64,000 nt of DNA from Antedon mediterranea. Taxonomy: Eukaryota; Animalia; Echinodermata. The notes under the pieces are model-generated. The model had not been told where the DNA came from and ran no database searches. It saw only the letters and a program-made list of their open reading frames with translations. The position numbers and the translations under genes are program-made. Each line of letters starts with the position of its first letter. Position 1 is the first letter of the stretch. The stretch is from the NCBI RefSeq assembly GCF_964355755.1, contig NC_092673.1, positions 16,526,948 to 16,590,947 on the forward strand, given 5' to 3'. Shown in pieces: positions 40,531 to 49,765 of this stretch.

Positions 40531-40863
40531 TTACATAATGCGATAGTTGACACTGAACCACGTTCGTTTTCCTTTCATCGAACGCTCCAGTTCATCGAAC
40601 CAATACGGTATCTGCATCTCAGCCAGTGGCGGTGGTGATGCAAGATGATCAACATTCAACGATGATGATGATGATGATGGTGGTGCTGGTGATGTAACTT
40701 TAACTGTTGCATTTCGCTGACATTTCAAGTTCTTCAAAGAAGCGCATAGACTGTCAACACTCTTAACGTATCGATCGGTGGCCATAGACACGACTCCGTT
40801 CACATCGTTCTCTACAAAGTCATCTACTCTGTACTTTTCCGAAAAGAATCTGCATACATCCAT
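40531..40863 (-). CDS. Hypothetical protein (from first plausible ATG), possibly truncated
   Basis: Part of ORF 40531..41106 not overlapped by the + ORF; head-to-head with ATG 40916. Confidence 0.35.
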   Translation of the reverse strand: MDVCRFFSEKYRVDDFVENDVNGVVSMATDRYVKSVDSLCASLKNLKCQRNATVKVTSPAPPSSSSSSLNVDHLASPPPLAEMQIPYWFDELERSMKGKRTWFSVNYRIM

Positions 40864-40915
40864 TTGCGTACATCGATTCATCACAAACACACAGGCGCAC
40901 ACACACACTTTAGAA

Positions 40916-41635
40916 ATGTCCACACTGCGTATACCCTTACTGCGATTGCCTATTTCTGACGACGACAATGATGATGATGATGATGATAATGATAATGATA
41001 CTACTTTAACAGATTCACGATTTACAGAGTTGAGTGAGAGGTACGCTAAGCTGATTAACAGTTTTAGATTGACCAGCGATGAGAACGCGAGGCTATCGAA
41101 CGTCAACCGACAGTTGAAAAGTCAACTGGAAAGTGTTAGCGACGAACGAGACGAACTTCAAAATCGACTTGAAACCGATGCACACGTTCGAGATTTGCAA
41201 GAGGATCCATCGCCCATCGAGCAGTTGGTCGAAATGTACGCCAGCGTTGTGAACGTGCCCATAACCGAATTGAGGAACGAACGTACAATCAACGGACTGT
41301 CAAGTTACTACGGCGTTGCTTTCTGGTTCCGCCTGTTGGTCGAAGAAACGTTCAATTTCCTCGATAATAAACTCAAAAAGCAACTGACAAATGAATACAA
41401 TCTAAATTGCCACAAATTTGTCACCATTGTCGTCGAAAATGGAGTGACCGGTTCGCTGTGTCAAATGATTCGACAGTTGCAATTGTTCAACTTAAACAAA
41501 AACAAACTAACCACCGAAATCAATCACAAAATAATTGCCAAGAATCTCTCTGATGAATATCAACGGTTCACCGTTCTGATTGTTCCCATCGTTGTCAAGG
41601 AGGACGCGGCTCGTCGTACACAAACGTCACTGTAA
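40916..41635 (+). CDS. Orphan protein with acidic tract and coiled coil
   Basis: First ATG of ORF 40778..41635; heptads LTSDENARLSNVNRQLKSQLESVSDERDEL. Confidence 0.65.
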   Translation: MSTLRIPLLRLPISDDDNDDDDDDNDNDTTLTDSRFTELSERYAKLINSFRLTSDENARLSNVNRQLKSQLESVSDERDELQNRLETDAHVRDLQEDPSPIEQLVEMYASVVNVPITELRNERTINGLSSYYGVAFWFRLLVEETFNFLDNKLKKQLTNEYNLNCHKFVTIVVENGVTGSLCQMIRQLQLFNLNKNKLTTEINHKIIAKNLSDEYQRFTVLIVPIVVKEDAARRTQTSL

Positions 41636-42597
41636 GAAAATACGTCAAAGTAATGCACATCGTCCACGATGCATTCATGGAACTTGACAAACGGAGGTAT
41701 GGACAGTGGAAACATCGTGGAAGCTTCTCTCGTGCACGCTTCCTTGATTTCAGGCGGCACTGCTTTTCCGTTCCATAGTACGCATTCTCTTGTCTTCCAA
41801 AGAACGATTCCTTCTACGCCCACGCGCTGTCGGTGATTATCGCCCGTGAACACTAGGTTTTGTTGCGGATCGTACAGACCGACATTGTATTCATCGTTTG
41901 AAACGTCCACGCACGGACGCCATCTCTGGAACGTTTCGCAAAATCCACTGTATTCGGCTGCATCCAACAGTATTCCAACGCTTAACAAAAGACGAACGTC
42001 CCGGCGCACAAGCATCAACGATGGAATCAAGCGTATCAATCGCAACAGTCTGTGCTCTCTATTACTACTCGGAGAAACTGTCGAATCGATTGCCAGCTTG
42101 TTGTCCAGAAACTTGTTGTACTGGAAGAAATCGTCTCGTTCTTTTTCGTTACAACACAGCGCAGTCATTTTCCATAACGGAAACATACAAGTCTGTGTTT
42201 TCACCATGTCCGAACGTGAAGCGAGTAGTTGATCTTCGTCGACAACAAGACGAGTGCGATGGCGTCGTTCCGCTTCTATCACTGTCAAAACAATGGAAAC
42301 TCCGTCATCGTACAACCGTTGGTTTTCACAGAAATTGTACACACGTGCGCCAAAGTTATGCCTACCGTCTCGAAGCTCTAACGCGATGGCAATTCGTCGA
42401 ATCTCTTTAGGCGAGCACGTTCGAAACCAAAGTTCGAATTCATACGTATCCTGTTGGCTTTGATGAAATGATGCAGTGCTAGTGATCGTTCTCGACGTAC
42501 CGCTGAAATCGGAAGCTATCAAATGCGCCTTTGTTGGAACGTGTGGCGATTTCAAACTGAGCGCAAACATAATTCCATAATTCACATAAAAAGGCAT
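41560..42597 (-). CDS. Orphan protein, 345 aa
   Basis: Long ATG-initiated ORF tiling with neighbours; no motif recognised. Confidence 0.7.
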   Translation of the reverse strand: MPFYVNYGIMFALSLKSPHVPTKAHLIASDFSGTSRTITSTASFHQSQQDTYEFELWFRTCSPKEIRRIAIALELRDGRHNFGARVYNFCENQRLYDDGVSIVLTVIEAERRHRTRLVVDEDQLLASRSDMVKTQTCMFPLWKMTALCCNEKERDDFFQYNKFLDNKLAIDSTVSPSSNREHRLLRLIRLIPSLMLVRRDVRLLLSVGILLDAAEYSGFCETFQRWRPCVDVSNDEYNVGLYDPQQNLVFTGDNHRQRVGVEGIVLWKTRECVLWNGKAVPPEIKEACTREASTMFPLSIPPFVKFHECIVDDVHYFDVFSYSDVCVRRAASSLTTMGTIRTVNR

Positions 42598-42658
42598 ACT
42601 AATAATGATTGACGTTCAGATTGCACTCTGACGACTTGTGGTTAAATTACTAAATAAA

Positions 42659-43468
42659 ATGAACAGATCAGACAAGAAAAAATTGCGTCAAAATCGTCTC
42701 TATTTTATTCGTAACATAAACAGCATTAGAGAAGTAATGGAGAAATTGGTACAGAAAGGCGTGTATTCGACCAAGAAGATGGATGCAATTTTATCTAACA
42801 CGAACGCTCGTGAACGATTGTTGATCGACATCGAAACACGAGGTAGTTTTGCGTACAATGCATTTATCGATTCTATCCATGATGGCGGATTGAACGAGTA
42901 CAAGATGACTTCAAATCCGCGCGGTTTCACAGTAATCATCAACAATTATGATGATGATGATGATGATGATGATGATTGTGCAGCGCTTGAAAATGTCTTC
43001 AATTATCTCGGCTTCCAACTGTCTGTTAATCACAATCTGACGTCCATAGAAACGAAGACGTTGCTCACACGTCTAAGTGAATACGATCACTCTAGACTAG
43101 ATTGCATTGCCGTGTGCATTCTCACTCACGGTACTGTCAATGTCACTGAAATCGTCGACTGTTTCGAAAAATGTGAAACGTTGAACGGAAAACCTAAACT
43201 CTTTTTCATACAAGCTTGTCAAGTAGACGAAACAATTGTCGTGCAGCCTCAATCGTTGCCGAGAGGCTGTGACGTATCCATTACGTATTCGACCCTGGAC
43301 CGTCAGTATAAGTTTATTCAGTCACTCTGTAAAGTGTTTCATTCGTATTCAACAAAACACGATTTAATGTCCATGTTGACTCTTGCCAACGGAACAATTA
43401 AAAGCAATCAGGTGGCCGCAACCCAGCACGGTCTTTGTAAGAAACTCTTTCTACGTCCCGTGCACTAA
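42659..43468 (+). CDS. CARD-containing caspase-like protein
   Basis: CARD (LRQNR...LLIDIETRGSFAYNAFIDSI); YKMTSNPRGFTVIINN, ILTHG, LNGKPKLFFIQACQ, FIQSLCKVF, LCKKLFL. Confidence 0.9.
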   Translation: MNRSDKKKLRQNRLYFIRNINSIREVMEKLVQKGVYSTKKMDAILSNTNARERLLIDIETRGSFAYNAFIDSIHDGGLNEYKMTSNPRGFTVIINNYDDDDDDDDDCAALENVFNYLGFQLSVNHNLTSIETKTLLTRLSEYDHSRLDCIAVCILTHGTVNVTEIVDCFEKCETLNGKPKLFFIQACQVDETIVVQPQSLPRGCDVSITYSTLDRQYKFIQSLCKVFHSYSTKHDLMSMLTLANGTIKSNQVAATQHGLCKKLFLRPVH

Positions 43469-43471
43469 AAC

Positions 43472-45712
43472 ATGCATGCCTACTTTACACGAGTGAAATA
43501 CTGCCAGAAAAAACTGACAATTCGTTGTACAGACCCGATCGGACGACGTTTGTCGCTGCAGACAAGCAATGTTGAATTCGTCGAATACGTTGAAGATGAC
43601 GTGTGCGGTGACTGTGTAATGAGCAGAGGTGACAAATACGTAGCATCGAATCGAAAATACAGAAAAGTTGTATCAAACAACAGAAAGAGAATGATAAACG
43701 CTTTCGGCAATCTTCCATCTGTCGACGACGATCTGGACGCTCAGTGTGCAGTCGGTGTACACGGATGTGCATGGCATCGATACTCGTTGAATGAGCATGG
43801 ATTCGTTTCGAACGTACACTATGATGAGCAAGTGCACTTTGAATGCGAAAAAATACATCCTGTAAAACTGTCCGTTCTCTACTTGATCATTAGATTGAAC
43901 GTATACGGACGAATCATTGCGGCACTGTCTTACGACGGTACGAGTGTTGTACAAGCAGCAACAACAGACGACAATGAACGAAGCATACTGCTTGGAATCA
44001 TAAAATCTTTCGATTCAGTTGACGTGCTCGTCTATCACGGAGAATGGGTGAGAGCGAGCATACGAGCACGATGTAAGACATTGAACGTGCCGATCGATAG
44101 CATGCCCATTTGTCTAGACACCACGAACGATGCGCGCACGTTATGTTGTGATCCAAACTCCCTGTACGAGTACGTTGGTAGACGATCCTGTTTCGAGTTG
44201 ATGGCCAGCGTATCGGACGGGGCCATGCAAGACGACGCGTCTCTTTTGCCAGAATATTGCAAACAGGTAGAATCGAAAAAATTGATTGATACACTGATGA
44301 ACGTGTCTAGACTCGTCGGAGTGTTCCCGAACGCATCGAGAACGCAGGTGCTCTCATCCCTGCTTTGCCGCGAGGCTATACGTCGACAAACTGTTTTCCC
44401 AAACACTCGTCGTAGAAAATCGACGCGAGACGTTAAAGGTGGTCTTGTACTGGAAACTGTACCCGATATTCACGAACACGTAGAAGTGTACGATTTCAAA
44501 TCCTACTATCCACGCTTTATAGTAGACAAGAATGTAGACTATTCAACAATGTGTGAGGACGGTTCTTTTGTCGATCGGAACGTACGCGAAGGTCTTTTGC
44601 CGTCTATCATGAAGAGACTGGTGTTGGGGCGAGATGCTCATCCGCAGCACGCGACTGCCTACAAACGAGCCGCCAACGAATGCATAGGGTGTCTAGTAAT
44701 TACCGGCAGTGTTCAACTGTACAACTACGTGACCTCGAAATGCAGACAGCAACTTTGTCGTCTAAAGAAATGCGCCGAAGATAACGGAGCTCGCGTTCTG
44801 TACGGAGACACGGATTCATTGTTTGTGAAACTAGCTGATGATTGTTGCAGCAGCAGAAAACGTTTGGAAGAAAGATTTGCGCAGGTTATAGGCGGCGGCG
44901 GCGGCGGCGGTGATAGCTGGCAGAAATTTGTACACAGAGAGACACTCTGTCGATTGTTATTGACCAACAAGAAGAAAAGGTACGCGTGTTTGCACGCCGA
45001 CGGGAACATCAGCACCACTGGCATGTTCACCTTAAAATGTGACGTTGAACCATTACTTACAGAACTGGATAAAAACTTTGTTGAAACTGCTCTGAAGGAA
45101 CGCGATTGCAACGCGGCCATAGATACGTGCATCGACATCATGCAAACACTTGTCTGTAAACTGAAAGACTCGCAGCAAGTAGACGAGCTAATGATGCGTA
45201 GAGTGTCCAAGAAAGAGACTAGCTCTGCCGCGTACAAGCAAATGTGCATCGCCTTTGGACTGTATCGACAAGTGCCCTACTACATCCGACATAACGGAGT
45301 GGCGTATCATCCGTTGGCTGCTGCCTGTTGCAATTCGACAGTGGACGCAACCGATCTACTAAGAGGTCTAAGAAAACGTTGTCGCATTGATACAGATTCC
45401 GTGCTGGGCGTTCTCGTTTCTTCTTCTTACAACAACAATATCATAAGTATACAAGAACGAATGGATAAGATGTACGCTATGATTGCAAACGTTCCATTGC
45501 ATCTCTCTCGCGCGAAAACATATGAGCAGCAGCAGCAGACAACAAATGTGGACTGTTGCGCTAAAGTTGTATGCACAACGAGCCAAGAAGAACGTCAGGT
45601 TAGAAAGAACGAGCACGTTTTTAGCAGCGTGCAAGAAGAAGATAAAAGAATACTGTTTATTGTACGCTGTCACGATGCCCTTTGTAAACGGGCACATGCT
45701 TTCTGCGCTTGA
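43472..45712 (+). CDS. Family B DNA polymerase, Pol alpha-like
   Basis: GGLVLE, DFKSYYP (motif A), KRAANECIGCL (B), YGDTDSLFV (C), KKKRYA; C-terminal Cys cluster. Confidence 0.9.
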   Translation: MHAYFTRVKYCQKKLTIRCTDPIGRRLSLQTSNVEFVEYVEDDVCGDCVMSRGDKYVASNRKYRKVVSNNRKRMINAFGNLPSVDDDLDAQCAVGVHGCAWHRYSLNEHGFVSNVHYDEQVHFECEKIHPVKLSVLYLIIRLNVYGRIIAALSYDGTSVVQAATTDDNERSILLGIIKSFDSVDVLVYHGEWVRASIRARCKTLNVPIDSMPICLDTTNDARTLCCDPNSLYEYVGRRSCFELMASVSDGAMQDDASLLPEYCKQVESKKLIDTLMNVSRLVGVFPNASRTQVLSSLLCREAIRRQTVFPNTRRRKSTRDVKGGLVLETVPDIHEHVEVYDFKSYYPRFIVDKNVDYSTMCEDGSFVDRNVREGLLPSIMKRLVLGRDAHPQHATAYKRAANECIGCLVITGSVQLYNYVTSKCRQQLCRLKKCAEDNGARVLYGDTDSLFVKLADDCCSSRKRLEERFAQVIGGGGGGGDSWQKFVHRETLCRLLLTNKKKRYACLHADGNISTTGMFTLKCDVEPLLTELDKNFVETALKERDCNAAIDTCIDIMQTLVCKLKDSQQVDELMMRRVSKKETSSAAYKQMCIAFGLYRQVPYYIRHNGVAYHPLAAACCNSTVDATDLLRGLRKRCRIDTDSVLGVLVSSSYNNNIISIQERMDKMYAMIANVPLHLSRAKTYEQQQQTTNVDCCAKVVCTTSQEERQVRKNEHVFSSVQEEDKRILFIVRCHDALCKRAHAFCA

Positions 45713-45783
45713 AAAAAAAATAAATAAAATTCAATAATAAATAAACAACTTGTTTGTTTTTTTTTCTTTGTGGTTTTTTATTC

Positions 45784-46920
45784 TCACAATACATTGCAAT
45801 TACACGAGTAACTTGCGTCCATGTCTTCTACACCGAGTGTAACATTGTCCAACAGTCTACGTCGGCCAATAAACGATGGTGGGTTCACGACTTCATCGCC
45901 GGTACGCAGACAACGTCTAAGTCTGTCTCGTTTGATTTTGTTCTCGTCAATACACAAATCATCACTATCATCACATTCGTTGTGCCGGCCCAAAAATAGA
46001 GAAAACACACTCTCGGTGCTTGCTCTGTCCGGTTCGTGTAACACGGTTGATTCGGTTACGCACGGAGGCAACGTGATTCCAATGGCACCTAATCGTTTCC
46101 ATACACTCGGTTGAAATATGTCGGCACTTGACGTGAACGCCGTACTGCGATCATTCACTTCTGTGAGTAATCGTAACGGACATACAAACTGCGAGAATAC
46201 TGTATCGATGTACTGACGATACTGATACCAATTTCGTAACGGATTGCGCCTATTCAACGACACGTCTGAAATGAACGCTCGAACGTCAGTGTCGGCCAAT
46301 TCGAAATCTAATACAGTCCGGTTACCGTCATCCTCCTCCTCCTCCTCCTCCTCATTCTCTTGACCAAGAAAAACCAAGTCTCGAGATCGATTGGCAAGAT
46401 CTACAAACATGTCGTTCATCGTTTGCAACGAGAAAACGGCTGTAAGAAAGTCAGCGTTTAACCATCGAATCGGTTCGTTGACTCGAGCTTTAAGAAATTT
46501 CGGCCGATTACCCGTTTGTATATCACCTCCTACGTACAATTGATCGAGACACGTCTTCAGAATGCGCGCACAATCAGACGCTTGCGAGCCCTGATTGTAC
46601 GATAAACACAAGTGTCGGAATATTCTCATGAGAAGCTCAAAGTAAGGATTGTCCGAACCGTAACGTTTACCATCAAAGTACCATTGAAACGTTGCAACAG
46701 TGTCTATAGTGTACGATCCAACGAACATTCGCCAATCGTGCATCGAGTCTAGCGTACGAAATAGATCCATAAATTGTGTAAAATCGTCTAATCTAGCCAT
46801 CCATAAACGTTCAGTTTTTTTGTCATCATCGTCTACAGTCAAAAGTTTCGACCAAGAAACGTGCACGGCAGGTGATGGAAGTCCGAGTCTCAACACACAC
46901 ACTGTCTTTAACAATTCCAT
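45784..46920 (-). CDS. Putative highly divergent eukaryotic primase small subunit (PRIM1/AEP-like)
   Basis: Colinear weak matches to PRIM1: ELLK, LDDF, YTIDTVATF, VLDFELADTDVR, IDTVF, IDEN..RTG; first ATG at 46920. Confidence 0.5.
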   Translation of the reverse strand: MELLKTVCVLRLGLPSPAVHVSWSKLLTVDDDDKKTERLWMARLDDFTQFMDLFRTLDSMHDWRMFVGSYTIDTVATFQWYFDGKRYGSDNPYFELLMRIFRHLCLSYNQGSQASDCARILKTCLDQLYVGGDIQTGNRPKFLKARVNEPIRWLNADFLTAVFSLQTMNDMFVDLANRSRDLVFLGQENEEEEEEEDDGNRTVLDFELADTDVRAFISDVSLNRRNPLRNWYQYRQYIDTVFSQFVCPLRLLTEVNDRSTAFTSSADIFQPSVWKRLGAIGITLPPCVTESTVLHEPDRASTESVFSLFLGRHNECDDSDDLCIDENKIKRDRLRRCLRTGDEVVNPPSFIGRRRLLDNVTLGVEDMDASYSCNCNVL

Positions 46921-46972
46921 AATACACACAACAACAAACAAACAAAAAAACACTGTATTACATAAACATTTA

Positions 46973-47155
46973 TTATTTATTTCTTATACACATTTTCGTA
47001 AATGTTGAAAGTAAATGTTTTTCGTGTTTGTATTCTGCTAAAATCTCTTCTACTCTACAAACTAATTGTTTGTTTACGTCAGTTTTTTGGTGAAGTTGTT
47101 CCAATACACGATACAGGTCATGCACTGGCATCTGAATACATGCTTCCAAGTTCAT
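46973..47155 (-). CDS. Small hypothetical helical protein, 60 aa
   Basis: ATG-initiated, co-oriented, fills the gap between genes, AATAAA at the stop. Confidence 0.4.
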   Translation of the reverse strand: MNLEACIQMPVHDLYRVLEQLHQKTDVNKQLVCRVEEILAEYKHEKHLLSTFTKMCIRNK

Positions 47156-47352
47156 TTTTTTTCCTAATTTTTTTTTTCTACTTCATCATAAATATCATCA
47201 TATGATTTTTTTGTTTTTATTTTGTTTTTGCATTCTTCTCTTGTAGAGTAGCGATGATCCGAGTTGTATAATGAATACGTCGTTCATGACACATTTTCCA
47301 CCACCACCACCACCACCACCACCACCACCAACAACAACAACAACGGCTTGAG

Positions 47353-48132
47353 TCATTTCAATTGATAGCGTTTTCGTTTGCTGCCAGATCGTTTACGGCA
47401 CATGTAATGGAATGCTACATTGATTTGCAACAGTTTCTGATCAGTCAACGGTTTACCGTACTGCAGTTCATGTTCCATAGACAGTCGACAGTCAACTGAA
47501 TCGAAATCGTTGATGTGTCTTAGAATTGTATCGAGAAATATGCGGCCGGTACGTTTGAGTGAATCGACCGTTTGAAATTGCGTGTTGCAACGGAGTGACG
47601 GTGAAAACAGTTGAAACTTTCGATTGCGTCCGTCTCCTCCGTCCTTGCGATCGTTTGAGATTGTAAACTTGATGGATGGGAAACGATCGTTACTGTCCAC
47701 CGACTGAGATTCGTTCAACTTGAGGCGTTCCACAACAACCGATGGATTGTCTCGAATTCCATAAATTCTTCCCGCGTGATTCAGGTTATTTGTAGACGTG
47801 TGCATCGGAACGCTCTTGAACTTTCCCCATAACAGTGTCTGATGAAATTGATAATTCAATGACGTTTTTGTTCGTACGTTGAAATTTCCTCTCGTCGTAA
47901 TGTTTGTCGAGCCGGTGGATGCAAACGACAAGGCGGTGGATCCTCGACATAACGGCGATTGAAATTCTACCATGTCGTCTTGTAATTTGGTTCCTCGCAT
48001 GTGTATGGAATGTGTCTTTTCACGTTTGTCGTACGCGTATCGATGAGCAATGTTCTGCGACGACACCACGTTCACTAGGAAGAAATTGATGGCAGCTGTT
48101 TTACACGTAGATTCGACTTGGACGTGCACCAT
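47353..48132 (-). CDS. Divergent TATA-binding-protein-like fold
   Basis: Two half-repeats: YDKREKTHSIHMR..STALSFASTGSTNIT and DRFPSIKFTI..FQLFSPS, resembling TBP YNPKRFAAVIMR..TTALIFSSGK and ELFPGLIYRM..LLIFVSG. Confidence 0.5.
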   Translation of the reverse strand: MVHVQVESTCKTAAINFFLVNVVSSQNIAHRYAYDKREKTHSIHMRGTKLQDDMVEFQSPLCRGSTALSFASTGSTNITTRGNFNVRTKTSLNYQFHQTLLWGKFKSVPMHTSTNNLNHAGRIYGIRDNPSVVVERLKLNESQSVDSNDRFPSIKFTISNDRKDGGDGRNRKFQLFSPSLRCNTQFQTVDSLKRTGRIFLDTILRHINDFDSVDCRLSMEHELQYGKPLTDQKLLQINVAFHYMCRKRSGSKRKRYQLK

Positions 48133-49739
48133 GAGTTTTCTCGTATAGGCGTGTGTATCGATTTTATTTTGTTTCCTAACATCTCTTTGAAAACCCTATC
48201 GGTGACCGTTTGCTGCTTCACTCCAAGAGGAAGAATGATTGACGAATCCTTTTCAATCTCGACAACTAAATGACCGTCTGTCGTTTGTCGATGCGTTGGA
48301 AACAATGACACCAAGAATCGACGTTCTCTGTCGTTGTAAACTCTAAACTCTACCGACGACGACGATGACGACGACGACGATGACGAAGGTTTTCGATACA
48401 GATTCAATGCTGATCGAACAAACACGACCGCTAACGTGCCGTCTGCGTTGTCAATCAACAGGTTCATATGATCAACTGTTATGTTTGCGCCACTTTCTTG
48501 AAACACCACATCTCCAACTAGCGTTTGAAAGTCTCTGTAAAACAAATGAACGACATTCTGCGCAACCATCTTCACCGATAACATGTCCATAGATTCGATG
48601 TTGGTGCGCTGTGATTGAACGTCGTTCTTCAACACTAGAAACGACTTTCTGTTCTCCGGTATTGGATTTAAATTGTCAACAAGCCGATCGATAAAACGTT
48701 CACCGAGAACACTTCGATATCGATCCAGTATAGGCAGTTCATCGGACGGCTGGCATTCCAGAGCCTTACATATGTTCATGTCAGAGTTTACGTACGTGTA
48801 CCAGTAAGCCGTTTCGAATTTTGTCATACCACCTCTTATCTTCACAAATTGTCTGCAGAGGCCGACAAGAGTGTGTAATATCTTCGACTTTTGCCCAGTG
48901 TCTCCAAGTCTTTTCATGTCTGTGTATTGCACCTCATCAAATTGTTGGCATTCGTTGTACATTGTGGCCGTCACCACGGTCATTGCGGCAGAAAACACGT
49001 CCGATTCACTATTCAGCAGTTTCACCACTCTGTCTGTCATCACGTGACTGATATCTCGATACCCTATGGACACTAGTCTTTCTACGCTGCGCACTCCTCC
49101 GAATCCAGTGTCAACGTCCATTGTGTAGATCGGCATGTCCGATGGTATGTACGCGGAGGCTATCGATTCTCCGTGAACGCATCCAACACCTCCAAATAAG
49201 CCGACCTTTTTGCTCGATTCAAATTCGATCATTTTTCGACGATGTACTTCGGCCGAACCAAAATCAATAAACTTGAATCGGCCCTGCCGTCTGTTGTACG
49301 TCACATTCCTGATGGTTATGTCGTTATGTGCGACTCCTATCTTGTCCAGAAAAGCAAGCCCCTCGCCAACATGTCGATAAAGTGTAAGCACGCACGGCAA
49401 CATTTGCATTGTCATCCGTATTGTAAACAAGTCAAAACCTTCGTTTGTCATGCGCAGACATTGAGTCACTCCTGAATCGACGACTGCCTGACATATCTGC
49501 GGCGTGTACCGTTTCAATCTGTCAAAGTAGTTTGCGTAAGCTAAAATGAAAGTTTCCTTGTTGAATGTTAAACGTACTCGTGCATCGCTGCTATTCTGAT
49601 TGCCACAATGTAATTTTTCAACTAAACCAGACTCTATCGAATGGACAACGCCAAAAGAACCTCGGCTGTTCACAGTCACCAACGGATCGATTGTATTATC
49701 CAATTTGCCAAACGATAAAATCTTTTTTTGACCGTGCAT
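48075..49739 (-). CDS. Divergent Ser/Thr protein kinase with C-terminal extension (paralog 1)
   Basis: RGSFGVV, VEK, E of helix C, HNDITIRN, DFG, SDVFS; first ATG at 49739. Confidence 0.85.
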   Translation of the reverse strand: MHGQKKILSFGKLDNTIDPLVTVNSRGSFGVVHSIESGLVEKLHCGNQNSSDARVRLTFNKETFILAYANYFDRLKRYTPQICQAVVDSGVTQCLRMTNEGFDLFTIRMTMQMLPCVLTLYRHVGEGLAFLDKIGVAHNDITIRNVTYNRRQGRFKFIDFGSAEVHRRKMIEFESSKKVGLFGGVGCVHGESIASAYIPSDMPIYTMDVDTGFGGVRSVERLVSIGYRDISHVMTDRVVKLLNSESDVFSAAMTVVTATMYNECQQFDEVQYTDMKRLGDTGQKSKILHTLVGLCRQFVKIRGGMTKFETAYWYTYVNSDMNICKALECQPSDELPILDRYRSVLGERFIDRLVDNLNPIPENRKSFLVLKNDVQSQRTNIESMDMLSVKMVAQNVVHLFYRDFQTLVGDVVFQESGANITVDHMNLLIDNADGTLAVVFVRSALNLYRKPSSSSSSSSSSSVEFRVYNDRERRFLVSLFPTHRQTTDGHLVVEIEKDSSIILPLGVKQQTVTDRVFKEMLGNKIKSIHTPIRENSWCTSKSNLRVKQLPSISS

Positions 49740-49765
49740 TGCCGTCGTGTGCGTCAATCGAATGA

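Noticed and set aside
39537-40546. Repeat ORFs (LDCTHKACV, HMPYVYNLT) and CRISPR-like periodicity
   Set aside because: Pure 30-bp tandem repeat with no unique spacers; eukaryotic context, no cas genes
43472-45712. Polinton/Maverick or the host's own POLA1 gene
   Set aside because: No protein-primed PolB features, integrase or TIR; too short, intronless and divergent to be the functional host POLA1
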